Below, piece by piece: positions 28,601 to 38,339 of a stretch of DNA of 64,000 nt. This DNA comes from Octopus bimaculoides (taxonomy: Eukaryota), in contig NC_068987.1 of assembly GCF_001194135.2 (NCBI RefSeq), positions 74,789,945-74,853,944 of the forward strand, written 5' to 3'. The translations under genes and the position numbers were made by a program. Numbering within the stretch: position 1 is the stretch's first letter; each line of letters begins with the position of its first letter. Under the pieces are notes generated by a model. That model ran no database searches, was not told the DNA's origin, and worked only from the letters and a program-made list of their open reading frames with translations.

Positions 28601-31600
28601 TATTATATACTTAAATACTAACTTATCAGATGGTATCTGTGAATATTGATCAATTGGTATATACTGGTATTTAATAAAGGAGTACTGAGGTAAAAGAACA
28701 TGCTAACTATCAATTAATTTATTTATAATCTAAGCAGTTTATTTTAAGTAGTGAATATACCAGTATTGTTTTATATAAGCTAAGTATGAATTTATACAGG
28801 TACAAAAATTAGATTTATTATACATAAAGGCTATTATAAAATAATAAAAAACTAAAATAATCAGGTAGGGCAGAACACCATAGAAAAGGAATTAAATAGC
28901 TTAATCACTAAAAACATGTATACCTTATTAACATCAAAAGAGAAGATTTATAGAAAATGTATAACAATTCAAAGTATACTAAACTAAAAATTATATATAT
29001 AGGCATAGGAGTGGCTGTGTGGTAAGTAGCTTGCTAACCAACCACATGGTTCCAGGTTCAGTCCCACTGCCTGGCACCTTGGGCAAGTGTCTTCTACTAT
29101 AGCCTCGGGCCGACCAAAGCCTTGTGAGTGGATTTGGTAGATGGAAATTGAAAGAAGCCCGTCATATATATATATATATATATGTATGTGCATGTGTATG
29201 TTTGTGTGTCTGTGTTTGTCCCCCCAACATCGCTTGACAACATCGCTGGTGTGTTTAGGTCCCCGTAACTTAGTGGTTCAGCAAAAGAGACCGATAGAAT
29301 AAGTACTAGGCTTACAAAGAATAAGTCCTGATGAAGTATATATACAACTCAGTAACATCAATCGAGAAGATTTATAGAAAATGTATAATAATTCAAGTAT
29401 TTAAAACTAAAAATTGTTTATTTACATATTTAGCTTGTATCTATAATGATTGATACCCTGTCTTAACTAAAGTAATATTGATGTTGTAGGACATGCTAAT
29501 TATACACTGATTTTATACTAAGGGGTATATTATAGGTTTTAAATCACAAGATCAATAAAGTGCTACTTTCTAAAATATTTAAAGGTGCGGGTGACACTAT
29601 GTGCACATGATACCCTAAGGTCTAATCGATTATTAATCATGTTGCCTTTAATGTGTCCATCTGTTTTAATTTAATTAAATTATATGTCTTTATGCAGCTG
29701 AGGACTGCTCTGCATTTAAATTGATGTAATGGTTGCATTGTTCAATTAAATGGAATTGCTTGAAATGATCGTACTGCATTACCTCTGGATATTTTGTTGC
29801 TTATTTTGATTTATATTTTCCTCTTTCAGATATATCTTCAATGTTTTATCAGTGTTGGTACTCTTAGGTTTACTAAATGGTTTATGGTTTTTACCTGTAC
29901 TTCTCTCTGTGATCGGTCCACCTGGTGAGGTAAGCTTGCAAAGAGCAATGGCTCTGCTTATTTTTTACTCCCCCAATGTGCTTCCTTACTTTCATTCCCT
30001 TCCACTTTTCATTTGTAATGGATCCAAGTTAGTCTGGTAAAATTGAATCATGGGACTTGGAGAGGTATGGCCTGTTTTTCACTGAGCAGCCTGCAGTAGA
30101 AAAGAATCTAAAATACTTTGTCTAGGAGACTATACTACAATATAATTACTGTTTTAAAGTTTGAACTCTCAATCTTACAGTTACTAATTCAGTCAGTAAC
30201 TTCCATTTTTATATTTACCACATGTTATCAGTAACTTGAATTTGTCTAGATTTATCATAATAGATCTTTTTACTTTTTATTTATTTATTTATTTTCAAAA
30301 TGACTGAACCACTAGCCACGGGGTTAGTCTCCGTCAACAACTAATTAGAGCCACTGTGTGTAGTAGTGACTCCAAGCAAGACTGGAAATTCATCTCTCAT
30401 CCTCTCATCAGCCCTATTGTAGCTTACCCATCAGGCACCATACTAACCACCATGTTCAGTCCTTCTTCCTCAAAGCATTAAGGCTCTGGAATTCTTTGCA
30501 GATGTGTTAATATATAAATAGTTAAACTAGATGTCTGTATCGATCCCATCTCACCAGCCTTGAAAGGATTGTGATGACCAAGGGCACTACTCCCCCCACA
30601 CACACCTTTTGAGTTGTTAACATCAGGAAAATCATCAAGGTTTAATAGACACTAGCCCACTTATATGCAAGCATGAAAAAAAATGAATTTAAAACAAGAT
30701 AACCATATTAGTATTAATTGTTTTGACTTTAATGTTGCTGTGTTTATTTTGTTTTTTTTAACTAATGACTGTTTTTTTCTGCTTTACTCAAAGATTGTAC
30801 CCAAAGATAATGGTGATATGATTGAGCCTCCTACTCCAGAACCTTCACCAAGGCCAAGAGAAAGACCTATCAAATCAGTGAGCCGGCATATATATCCTCG
30901 AATGCCTTCAGATATTTCACTGAGCACCATAACAGAAGAACCTACGCAGTACTCCTCACATGAAATCATTGTACAGCCAGAAGTGGTTGTTGAAACTACC
31001 ACCATTCCTATCACCACATCGTCAACACAGACCAAAAAAGACTTTTGTGATAATGTAAGTACCCCTTCCTCTACACATATCTTTACATATTGTTATATGA
31101 TTCCTTGATTTTCTCCTGAACAATGATTATAAAACTAGAGGTAATAGTAACCCCTCTGTATCAAAATGTTATTGTGCCAATGTAAGTGCTCACACTTTTA
31201 CCAGGTAAGGCGAGGTTTTGTGCCATGGAAGGTAGTAAGTGTAGGGTAGTAGAATACCAGTCAAAATGCCTTGTGGTAATTATTTACTTCCCATTATTAT
31301 GTTCTTTTGTGGGGTTTTTTAGTACAAATCCTGTCAAAGTTGACTCTGCTTTTCATTTTCTGAGATCAATAAAATAAGTACTGGCCATTTACTTGACTCA
31401 ATTTAGTCAATATTTCCTTTCATAATGACTTGAGGGCTTATGCCTATCTTAGAAAATAAAAATATTATATCAAGAAGTCAGAGGAATGGCAAAAATCACT
31501 AAAGCATCGAACAGAATACCTTGTGATGCTTAGTTTCGTCACTTTACATTCTGAATCCAAATAAACACCAAAATAAACTCAATAAAATAAATACCAGTCG

Positions 31601-31872
31601 AACACTAGGAACCATTTGAGTGAGTGTAACCCTCTTCCGAAGTCTATAGCTTTGTGTTTGGTTGGTGGATTGACAGAATTATGAGAGTATCAGCCAATAT
31701 GCCTTATGGTAATTTATTATTGCCTTCTAGATTTTGAGTTCAAATTCTACTGAGGTCAGTTTTGCTTTTCATCCTTCTGGGTTGACAATAAAGTACTAGT
31801 CAAGCACAAGAGTTGATCTAATTGTTTATTTCCCCTCTCCAAATTTCAAGCTTTGTACCTTGAGTAGAATAA

Positions 31873-31905
<33 letters not shown>

Positions 31906-32218
31906 TCTACTTTCAGAATTTCTCTTATGAAACACCCCAAGCCCCCACCAAACATATAACCAGAGTAAAAGCCACAGCTACAGTCAAAGTTGAAGTGCAC
32001 ACACCTTTACCAGGTAAGGAAAGATTTCATAGAACATTCTTTTTCACCAGCTCTTATTGTAAGAATGTCTTAATATATTAAGGCTTCACCATTTCACCAA
32101 TATGATATAATTCTTTCAATTATTCATTCCAGGTGCTGTGGAGCAAGAACACAGTTACAAAAGCAAAAGACGGAAGCTTAAAGAACAAGATAGTTCAGAT
32201 TCAGACGGCAGTAAATAG
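1116..32218 (+). CDS. ptc: Patched (Hedgehog receptor, RND/sterol-sensing domain family); 5'-partial gene span with 23 visible coding exons, 3580 nt spliced = 1 nt + 1192 codons + stop
   Basis: Exons assembled by hand, all GT-AG with matching phases. They encode Patched hallmarks: [109 protein letters not shown]. Confidence 0.97.
4287..4379 (+). CDS. ptc: patched exon 2 ([31 protein letters not shown])
   Basis: ccag|GCT...TTG|gtaagt; 93 nt. Confidence 0.95.
4485..4606 (+). CDS. ptc: patched exon 3 ([40 protein letters not shown])
   Basis: acag|CCC...CG|gtaaat; conserved GCxGFA..MHW. Confidence 0.95.
5497..5644 (+). CDS. ptc: patched exon 4 ([20 protein letters not shown]...[11 protein letters not shown])
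   Basis: atag|A GCA...GCT|gtaagt; phase 2 in, phase 0 out. Confidence 0.95.
6390..6521 (+). CDS. ptc: patched exon 5 (EVDNIY...[28 protein letters not shown])
   Basis: acag|GAA...ATG|gtgagt; 132 nt. Confidence 0.95.
6703..7078 (+). mobile_element. Abundant tRNA-derived SINE (ggagtggctgtgtggtaag...tgactgaaac family)
   Basis: Shared sequence with other copies in this window: 16250-16620(-), 29005-29331(+), 42375-42700(-), 43311-43400(-), 45085-45240(+), 51122-51271(-), 55285-55560(+), 58317-58685(+), 63505-63645(+). The head has a box A/box B-like layout. Confidence 0.85.
7223..7381 (+). CDS. ptc: patched exon 6, sterol-sensing domain (LLYACISLL...[10 protein letters not shown])
   Basis: ttcag|TTG...CAA|gtaagt; 159 nt. 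Confidence 0.95.
7894..7986 (+). CDS. ptc: patched exon 7 ([31 protein letters not shown])
   Basis: ttcag|ATT...ATG|gtatgt; GxxxD motif intact. Confidence 0.96.
8839..8962. repeat. Short inverted repeat / MITE-like element with 37-bp arms
   Basis: 8841-8877 and 8924-8960 are reverse complements with 1 mismatch; embedded in (TA)n. Confidence 0.85.
9555..9680 (+). CDS. ptc: patched exon 8 ([18 protein letters not shown]...[12 protein letters not shown])
   Basis: ttcag|GAG...CAG|gtcagt; 126 nt. Confidence 0.96.
12931..13281 (+). mobile_element. RTE-type LINE 3' UTR fragment ending in (GAT)n
   Basis: Same ...ccaacccatgc(t/c)agcatgg...gttaaa(c/t)gatgatg tail as the coding RTE fragments. Shorter tails at 5933-6000, 15675-15841 and 28378-28455; minus-strand copies at 33417-33797 and 62373-62570. 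Confidence 0.75.
15249..15490 (+). mobile_element. tRNA-derived SINE with a probable Meta-type central domain
   Basis: tggcttagtggttagg...ggtttcaattcc head, then cctgcaacagactggtgtcccc resembling the MetaSINE core (recalled, not searched). Related tRNA-like heads at 26255-26530(+) and 46590-46680(-). Confidence 0.6.
15846..16057. mobile_element. piggyBac-type MITE
   Basis: TTAA|CCCCTTAGCATT ... AATGCTAAAGGG|TTAC; terminal inverted repeats with 1 mismatch; a partial reverse copy lies near 1620-1720. Confidence 0.65.
17083..17201 (+). CDS. ptc: patched exon 9 (AAILVFFNL...[14 protein letters not shown])
   Basis: ttcag|GCT...AG|gtattt; phase 2 out. Confidence 0.95.
18350..18939 (+). CDS. ptc: patched exon 10, central cytoplasmic loop containing the 9-aa tandem repeat
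   Basis: cacag|T TCA...CCA G|gtaagc; 590 nt open; phase 2 in and phase 1 out match both neighbours. Confidence 0.85.
18570..18914 (+). repeat. Coding 27-bp minisatellite, 13 units (consensus about K/N-A-P/L-V-P-E-K-x-x)
   Basis: The units at 18597 and 18624 are identical (aaggcccccgttccagaaaaacattca); later units diverge; one unit has an in-frame 6-nt deletion. Confidence 0.92.
19202..19362 (+). CDS. ptc: patched exon 11 ([11 protein letters not shown]...[12 protein letters not shown])
   Basis: gcag|CA...AAG|gtgggt; HYxPFL motif. Confidence 0.93.
19633..19806 (+). CDS. ptc: patched exon 12 (VFTIVVFL...[13 protein letters not shown]...FYNFFAVTK)
   Basis: ccag|GTT...AAG|gttaat; 174 nt. Confidence 0.95.
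21289..21427 (+). CDS. ptc: patched exon 13 ([19 protein letters not shown]...[11 protein letters not shown])
   Basis: acag|AAC...G|gtatgc. Confidence 0.95.
21572..21717 (+). CDS. ptc: patched exon 14 (DLQKSFDDD...[22 protein letters not shown])
   Basis: ttcag|AT...CAG|gtaaga. Confidence 0.95.
21964..22633 (+). mobile_element. 5'-truncated RTE-clade LINE (ORF C-terminus plus 3' UTR)
   Basis: [13 protein letters not shown]...GRGRPRKTW is the RTE C-terminal motif; (GAT)n tail; possible TSD atatataat at 21952-21960 and 22632-22640; contains a gap. Confidence 0.9.
23328..23496 (+). CDS. ptc: patched exon 15 ([24 protein letters not shown]...DRSLE)
   Basis: ccag|GTT...G|gtaagc. Confidence 0.95.
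24523..24611 (+). CDS. ptc: patched exon 16 ([29 protein letters not shown])
   Basis: ttcag|TA...CGA|gtaagt; YAQxPFYL motif. Confidence 0.94.
24984..25175 (+). CDS. ptc: patched exon 17 (HIRSICKEF...[20 protein letters not shown]...WIAVIV)
   Basis: acag|CAC...GTG|gtaagt; 192 nt. Confidence 0.96.
25817..25954 (+). CDS. ptc: patched exon 18 (MAILLCLV...[10 protein letters not shown]...[12 protein letters not shown])
   Basis: gtag|ATG...ATA|gtaagt; second GxxxE motif. Confidence 0.96.
26735..26940 (+). mobile_element. SINE with Nin/Deu-like core (gtcgactttgcctttcatcc...taagtac)
   Basis: Recurrent core, also at 12095-12360(-), 31725-31870, 39104-39437, 57590-57740, 59860-60075, 60115-60260 and 61425-61620; the domain name is from recall. 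Confidence 0.7.
27095..27237 (+). CDS. ptc: patched exon 19 ([12 protein letters not shown]...[22 protein letters not shown])
   Basis: gcag|GGT...AA|gtaagt. Confidence 0.96.
29830..29929 (+). CDS. ptc: patched exon 20, last TM helix (YIFNVL...[13 protein letters not shown])
   Basis: ttcag|A TAT...GAG|gtaagc. Confidence 0.96.
30794..31054 (+). CDS. ptc: patched exon 21, C-terminal tail (IVPKDNG...PPTPEPSP...SLSTITEE...[13 protein letters not shown]...FCDN)
   Basis: caaag|ATT...AAT|gtaagt; 261 nt. Confidence 0.92.
31917..32013 (+). CDS. ptc: patched exon 22 ([32 protein letters not shown])
   Basis: ttcag|AAT...G|gtaagg; phase 0 in, phase 1 out. Confidence 0.88.
32133..32218 (+). CDS. ptc: patched terminal coding exon ([28 protein letters not shown])
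   Basis: ccag|GT...TAG; the phase matches exon 22; an AATAAA lies just after the stop, but its use is unverified. Confidence 0.82.
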
Positions 32219-33033
32219 CAAAATAAAAAGAATTATTTAACATAAGTAAGTTGAAGAAGTCTTTTATGAAACAATACAACTGAAGACGTAATCAATCAAC
32301 ATCATAATCTAGATTATTACCCATCTTTAGAGTATTCAATTATTCATTCTTTTACACCACTTTTTTCCATACTGGTATGAGTTGGTCACTGTAACAAAAT
32401 TTTAATTTTTTGTTTTAGGCTTTGATCAGTGTTATTTCTTATTTGCTTCTGTCTAGAAATCAAAAGGAATGACTACTGTTCTGTTAATATATTAAGAAGT
32501 AAATATTGTAAATTACTCATCTCTAACAACAAAGGAATTAACAGTATGAATATGTGTGTGTGTATGTATGTATATATATATATNNNNNNNNNNNNNNNNN
32601 NNNNNNNNNNNNNNNNNNNNNNNNNNNNNNNNNNNNNNNNNNNNNNNNNNNNNNNNNNNNNNNNNNNNNNNNNNNNNNNNNNNNNNNNNNNNNNNNNNNN
32701 NNNNNNNNNNNNNNNNNNNNNNNNNNNNNNNNNNNNNNNNNNNNNNNNNNNNNNNNNNNNNNNNNNNNNNNNNNNNNNNNNNNNNNNNNNNNNNNNNNNN
32801 NNNNNNNNNNNNNNNNNNNNNNNNNNNNNNNNNNNNNNNNNNNNNNNNNNNNNNNNNNNNNNNNNNNNNNNNNNNNNNNNNNNNNNNNNNNNNNNNNNNN
32901 NNNNNNNNNNNNNNNNNNNNNNNNNNNNNNNNNNNNNNNNNNNNNNNNNNNNNNNNNNNNNNNNNNNNNNNNNNNNNNNNNNNNNNNNNNNNNNNNNNNN
33001 NNNNNNNNNNNNNNNNNNNNNNNNNNNNNNNNN

Positions 33034-33078
<45 letters not shown>

Positions 33079-33898
33079 CATTTACACGTTTTATTAGCTC
33101 TTAGTGCAGACCCAACGCTATAAACAAGCTAGATGATGAAAATCGAAGATCAAAACGATCGTTACGTAATGTATATGTATTCCAAGCCCACCCTCTGCAT
33201 CCTATCAAAAGTGTCAAGTGTTGGTGGCTGTATATGATGAGCAGTTGGAGTTGCGTCCCTTCACTGTGATTCATTTCCCTTCAATTGTGAAACCTACATT
33301 ATTCTGCTTTGTTTTATATTTTCTGTTAATTCTAATTTTTTATGAGTTGAAGAGTTGAAATAAATGTGAAGGAATTAATAGGAGCCAAGTTTGAATCCTC
33401 ATTAAAGTTTTGGACAGTATCATCATCATCATCGTTTAACATCTGTTTTCCATGTTGGCATAAGTTGGATGGTATGACATAGCTAGGCAGCCAGGAGCTT
33501 TCCAGACTCCAATTGTCTGTTGTGGCATGGTTTCTATGGCTGGTTGCTCTTCCTAACACCAACCACTTAACAGTGTGCTGGGTGCTTTTTATGGCCCACC
33601 AGCATGGATGCTTTGTATGTGGCACTGGTACTTGAAAGGACAAGCATGTATGTATGGAAGACAATTTTACTGAGCTTGACACATCTTTTCAAGTACAGCA
33701 AATTGCCATGCCTTCCAGTCCCTAGTCATTTCCTCAGTTAGGTCCAGTATCTGAAGATTCTTTCTCACCACTTCATCCCACGTCTTCCTGGGTCTACAGC
33801 TTTAGCAAATGGTGTGGCGGCTGAAATAAATGTAAAACAAACAGGAAAAGAATTTTTCAATGACTTTAAATTCTTGTTACTAATTAATTTATTCAGTG

Positions 33899-33932
<34 letters not shown>

Positions 33933-36751
33933 TTATCTTTTCAGAAATATTCATGCAAAATATCATCCTTACCAACCAGATTATTGAACTTCAATTTCTG
34001 ACTACTGCCATCAACCCTCTCATCCCTGTTATTTAACTTTATCAACCATCACAGAGATTTAACTTCTGCTTAGAGCTGTTTACCAGTCATGTGATAATGA
34101 CCAAGACCTTCTTGGGCAAAATGGTCAGCATACGGTGGAAGGCACTTATCCTTTGTGCAAGATAGGTTGGAATGTGCATTGAGAAAGGCCAACACATTCA
34201 ATCTTCAGATGAAGAACTGGGATTGGAGTATTCAACAAAAGTAAAATAAATTCTGGTGGAAGTGTAGTGTTCGATAATAGAACAGCCACTGATAGTGGAG
34301 TGTTCAGCAAGGGTACAGCCACAGGTGGTGGGTTATTCGACAACAACGCAGGTAGCAGAGGAGTATTCCCATTGAACAGACAATAGTGGTATGTTCTCCT
34401 ATCATATACACTCTACAATTGGAGTGTTTCAATAAAAGCATACAGACACCATTTGTGAGTGGACTACTACCCACAGTACAGAGAATGAAAATATATGACA
34501 ACAATGCAGACATTGCTGGAGGGTTATTATAAGACTAAACTACAGACATTGATGGTGTTAAGGGCATCTGTACAACAAGTAATGCACTGTAAATTCATAG
34601 TTTGTATCTTCCTTAACAACAACCACAACAAAATTGGTGCAGTATATCATTGTCATTATCAATATCATTCTCATCCTCATAGTCATTAAAATCATCATCA
34701 TCATCATCATCATCATATTCTTACCTCTATGAAAAGTCACATAAAAGAACTTACTACGAATGAAACAATTCAAACAACCAATACATGTTGTGGCCTTAAG
34801 GCAGAAAGGAACTTCTTTCCAAAACCAAACAATATGACAACAATTTAAAACTGTGCACCACACAGCATCACATTGCACTTTATTGTTATGGGCCACTGGA
34901 ATTATACAGTGCATTAAAATGCAATCACTATACTTCTACAATATGCTTTAAAGACATCACTATACTATGCAGTGATACAGACATACAACACAACTATAAA
35001 ATAATGTTACAGTTCATCTCACCACATCATACTACACTATGTGACACTCACCAAACTACATTCATTACAAATTATACTACAGTATCCGAAGCTGTCAAAC
35101 CTCAATATTTCAACTTCGATTTCACTAATCTACAACAATAAAAACAACTGCAACATCATGTTCCAGAAAGTACCATTGTTCTGCATATAAGAAAAATATC
35201 AGATATAGCAGTGCAATATTCGTTGTTGGGTTTCATCTACTAATTTTACCATTATTTATCATCATTCTGGAGAAGATGTAGTAGCAACTGCAAAGCTTTA
35301 TTTTCATGAGAATTCAACTCTCAAACAATTTCAGGCATTGCAATGCACATGTAAACAATTTCCTTGCTTTTATTTGCCTGTTTAAAGAATTTGTATTTAT
35401 CAATTCCTTCTGAATTTAATTCTTTTATTTTTTTCCCCCCCACCTCCCTAAGACTGAAGAATAAAAGCAATATTTATTTAAAAAATTATTTTCAACAAAC
35501 CTTAAAATGGGATGGAGGGAAAGAATTATAGTTGTTCTTTTGTTAATGGGTGGAATAATTTAGATTCTTACTGCAACACTAGACAGATTGCATATGTGTG
35601 GTGCTCAAAAGACTTCCTGCTTTCACCTGTCTCACTGCAGTGCAGTTAGCTACAAGGCAACAACATTGCTGCAATTAGCAACTGTTTGCTGCTCTTCTAT
35701 GTATATATTTATTTATTTGCATCTTGATTTTCTTTGTTTCTTTCGTATGAAATACTGGCTCAACAGTGCGTCTGTTGAAGGGCAAAAGTCAGAAACCGGG
35801 GCAGGGGTAGCTGTAAACTCTGACGTTAAGAATGGGGTAACTCAGCTGGTCAGTGACTATAATAATGAACAAAAAGTCCTTTTTAACTAAATATTTGACA
35901 CTGTCTCTGTGTCACATTTTCTTCGTCATTTCATGTTACCAAAAGGTTGTTTCTGTTGTGTCTTGTTGGCCATGTTGAGGACGATCATGGGGGCTAGCTG
36001 AAAGCTGCTTTCTTGCAGATGTTTGATTATCCAGGATGCCAAATAAAACAATGGGTCCAGCTTTGTTCAGATCACTTACATGCACACTCTTGCCCCTCAG
36101 ATTAGGAGTGGTGCTGATTGGTGAAAATGTTATTGTTTAGCACCAGGTCAGCTCCAGTTGAGCAGACCTACAAGTAAACATGTTCTAGCTGTGACTATTT
36201 GGCTTTTCACCTCTTTGTGGTGGTGGAATGATTGGGTATAGTGTATCTAGGACTACATTATCCAATGCATCCATTATTTTTAAGCCACAGGGATGTAATT
36301 TAAGAGAAACATCTGACTGGAATTTGTTGCAGGTTTAGCAATTATATAGAGTCATTCTCCCTCTCTTGTTGGCTTGTCTTATTGTAAGAGTATTGGCATA
36401 ATTACATTAGAATATTAATTCAATTCAATAGAATAGATGCAATTCTTTAAGAATTTGTTTTAAATTTTTCAAGTCCCTTAAGGTGGAGGTATTTACAAAG
36501 TATTTGATACACAAAAAGTGCACCTCATCCATGCTTCTTTATTATTTTATATTTTAAACTTTATTTTTCTGCTGTTGCAGTTGCACTGAGGTTTAATGAC
36601 AGACTAAGATAAACACATATGCAGGCAATTTTTTTTTTTTCTGGGGATTGCATTTGTGTATGCGTGTACATAGTGCACATACACACACACTCACAACATA
36701 TATATGCACATGCACTCTTACAAACACACCCTATATATATATATAAAACAT

Positions 36752-36864
36752 AAAGTTAAAGTCTGGTGATAGAGTGACCAATGGTTTCGTATCCACGAAG
36801 GCTACAGCCGATAGCTTTCGTGGATACGAAACCATTGGTCACTCTATCACCAGACTTAAACTTT
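36752..36864. repeat. Near-perfect 113-nt palindrome (53-bp arms, 7-nt loop)
   Basis: 36752-36804 versus 36812-36864 reverse complement: 2 mismatches. Confidence 0.95.
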
Positions 36865-36940
36865 GTTTAATACTTACTGCTCTATTCTTTAGAGTGTGTT
36901 TCTTTTTCTGATATGTGTTATATTGACAAATATATATATA

Positions 36941-37012
<72 letters not shown>

Positions 37013-37538
37013 TTTATACATATATGTATATATATATGTATGTGTATGCATCTATATACTTACACACAATATATGTGCTTGGGTATCTGTATAGCTATAT
37101 ATATAAATATTTGGGTGTGTGTGTATGTGGATGTATTATATATTTATAAATATGTACATACATATATGTATCTATAAACACACACACGCACATATCATAA
37201 AACTGATATACAATATTGTCATAGATACACACGCAAATACATTGCAGTCATTCATGTATCAATAAACACACATTTATATATGTAAGTGTGTATATAAATT
37301 TAAAGATTATTTTTTTATGAATTAAATAGAAAACCATTTTTTTCTGTTTTCTACGGGTATATCATTACATCATCATTTTTGTTAATATTTTATTGATAAC
37401 CATCATTAATACACATACACATGTGTACTTTATATATGTGTGTGTGTGTATATATATATATATACACACACATGTACACACACACACATATATATAGACT
37501 TACACATGTGTTACATATATATGTAGCTTACATGTGTA

Positions 37539-37604
<66 letters not shown>

Positions 37605-38339
37605 CATACATATATGCATATGTGTGTGTATATACTGGTATATAGTTACCATATTTGGAAGGATTGATCATCGCAGGATTTGTCCTTCTGTTAGGAAGCA
37701 AGCTGTCTGCAATGATTGTGTTCCCTGTATAGTGACCATAGTTGTCGAATGTATTGAACAATCTATTTATTTATCTGTAAATATTATAAATATATAAATG
37801 ATATATTAAAAAAACGAAAATATAAAACATCAAAATTTCTGGAAAATAATGAAAGAAAATGTGAAAATGAAATAAAGATTGTTAAAGAAATAAACTGTCT
37901 TTGTTGTTTTTTAAAAATTTATTTCATTTTAAATCTGCTGTTCTTTGCTATTAAAGTTGGGAAGGTATGTTCCAGTACAGTACCTCACGATATTCTGCTG
38001 TCCTTTATTGTTGCTTTTTTTTATTTGGCATCCTGAATTCTGATCTCACTATTTGCTCAATACATTTTTTTCTGGTTTTACCACTTGCATCATTTTTCAA
38101 CCAAATATCCTTCAAATGTTTTTTACATATCCTTCAAAATATATTTTATCCCATCTTTCTATGTACCCTTCCTTGCTTGCATACATGCCATGTGTAAAAC
38201 TACATCTAGTTGCTTCAAAGTACTGAAACAATGTATTCATATAATGTATCTTCCATTACCCTTAAACATTGCACTCCAGAACCAGCCACTCACTATACTT
38301 ACTAAACTCTCAATTTCTCTCTACAGATATATGCTCTAA

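Noticed and set aside
1116-32218. Non-canonical (U12 or GC-AG) introns in ptc
   Set aside because: All 22 visible introns are GT-AG with ordinary U2-type donors
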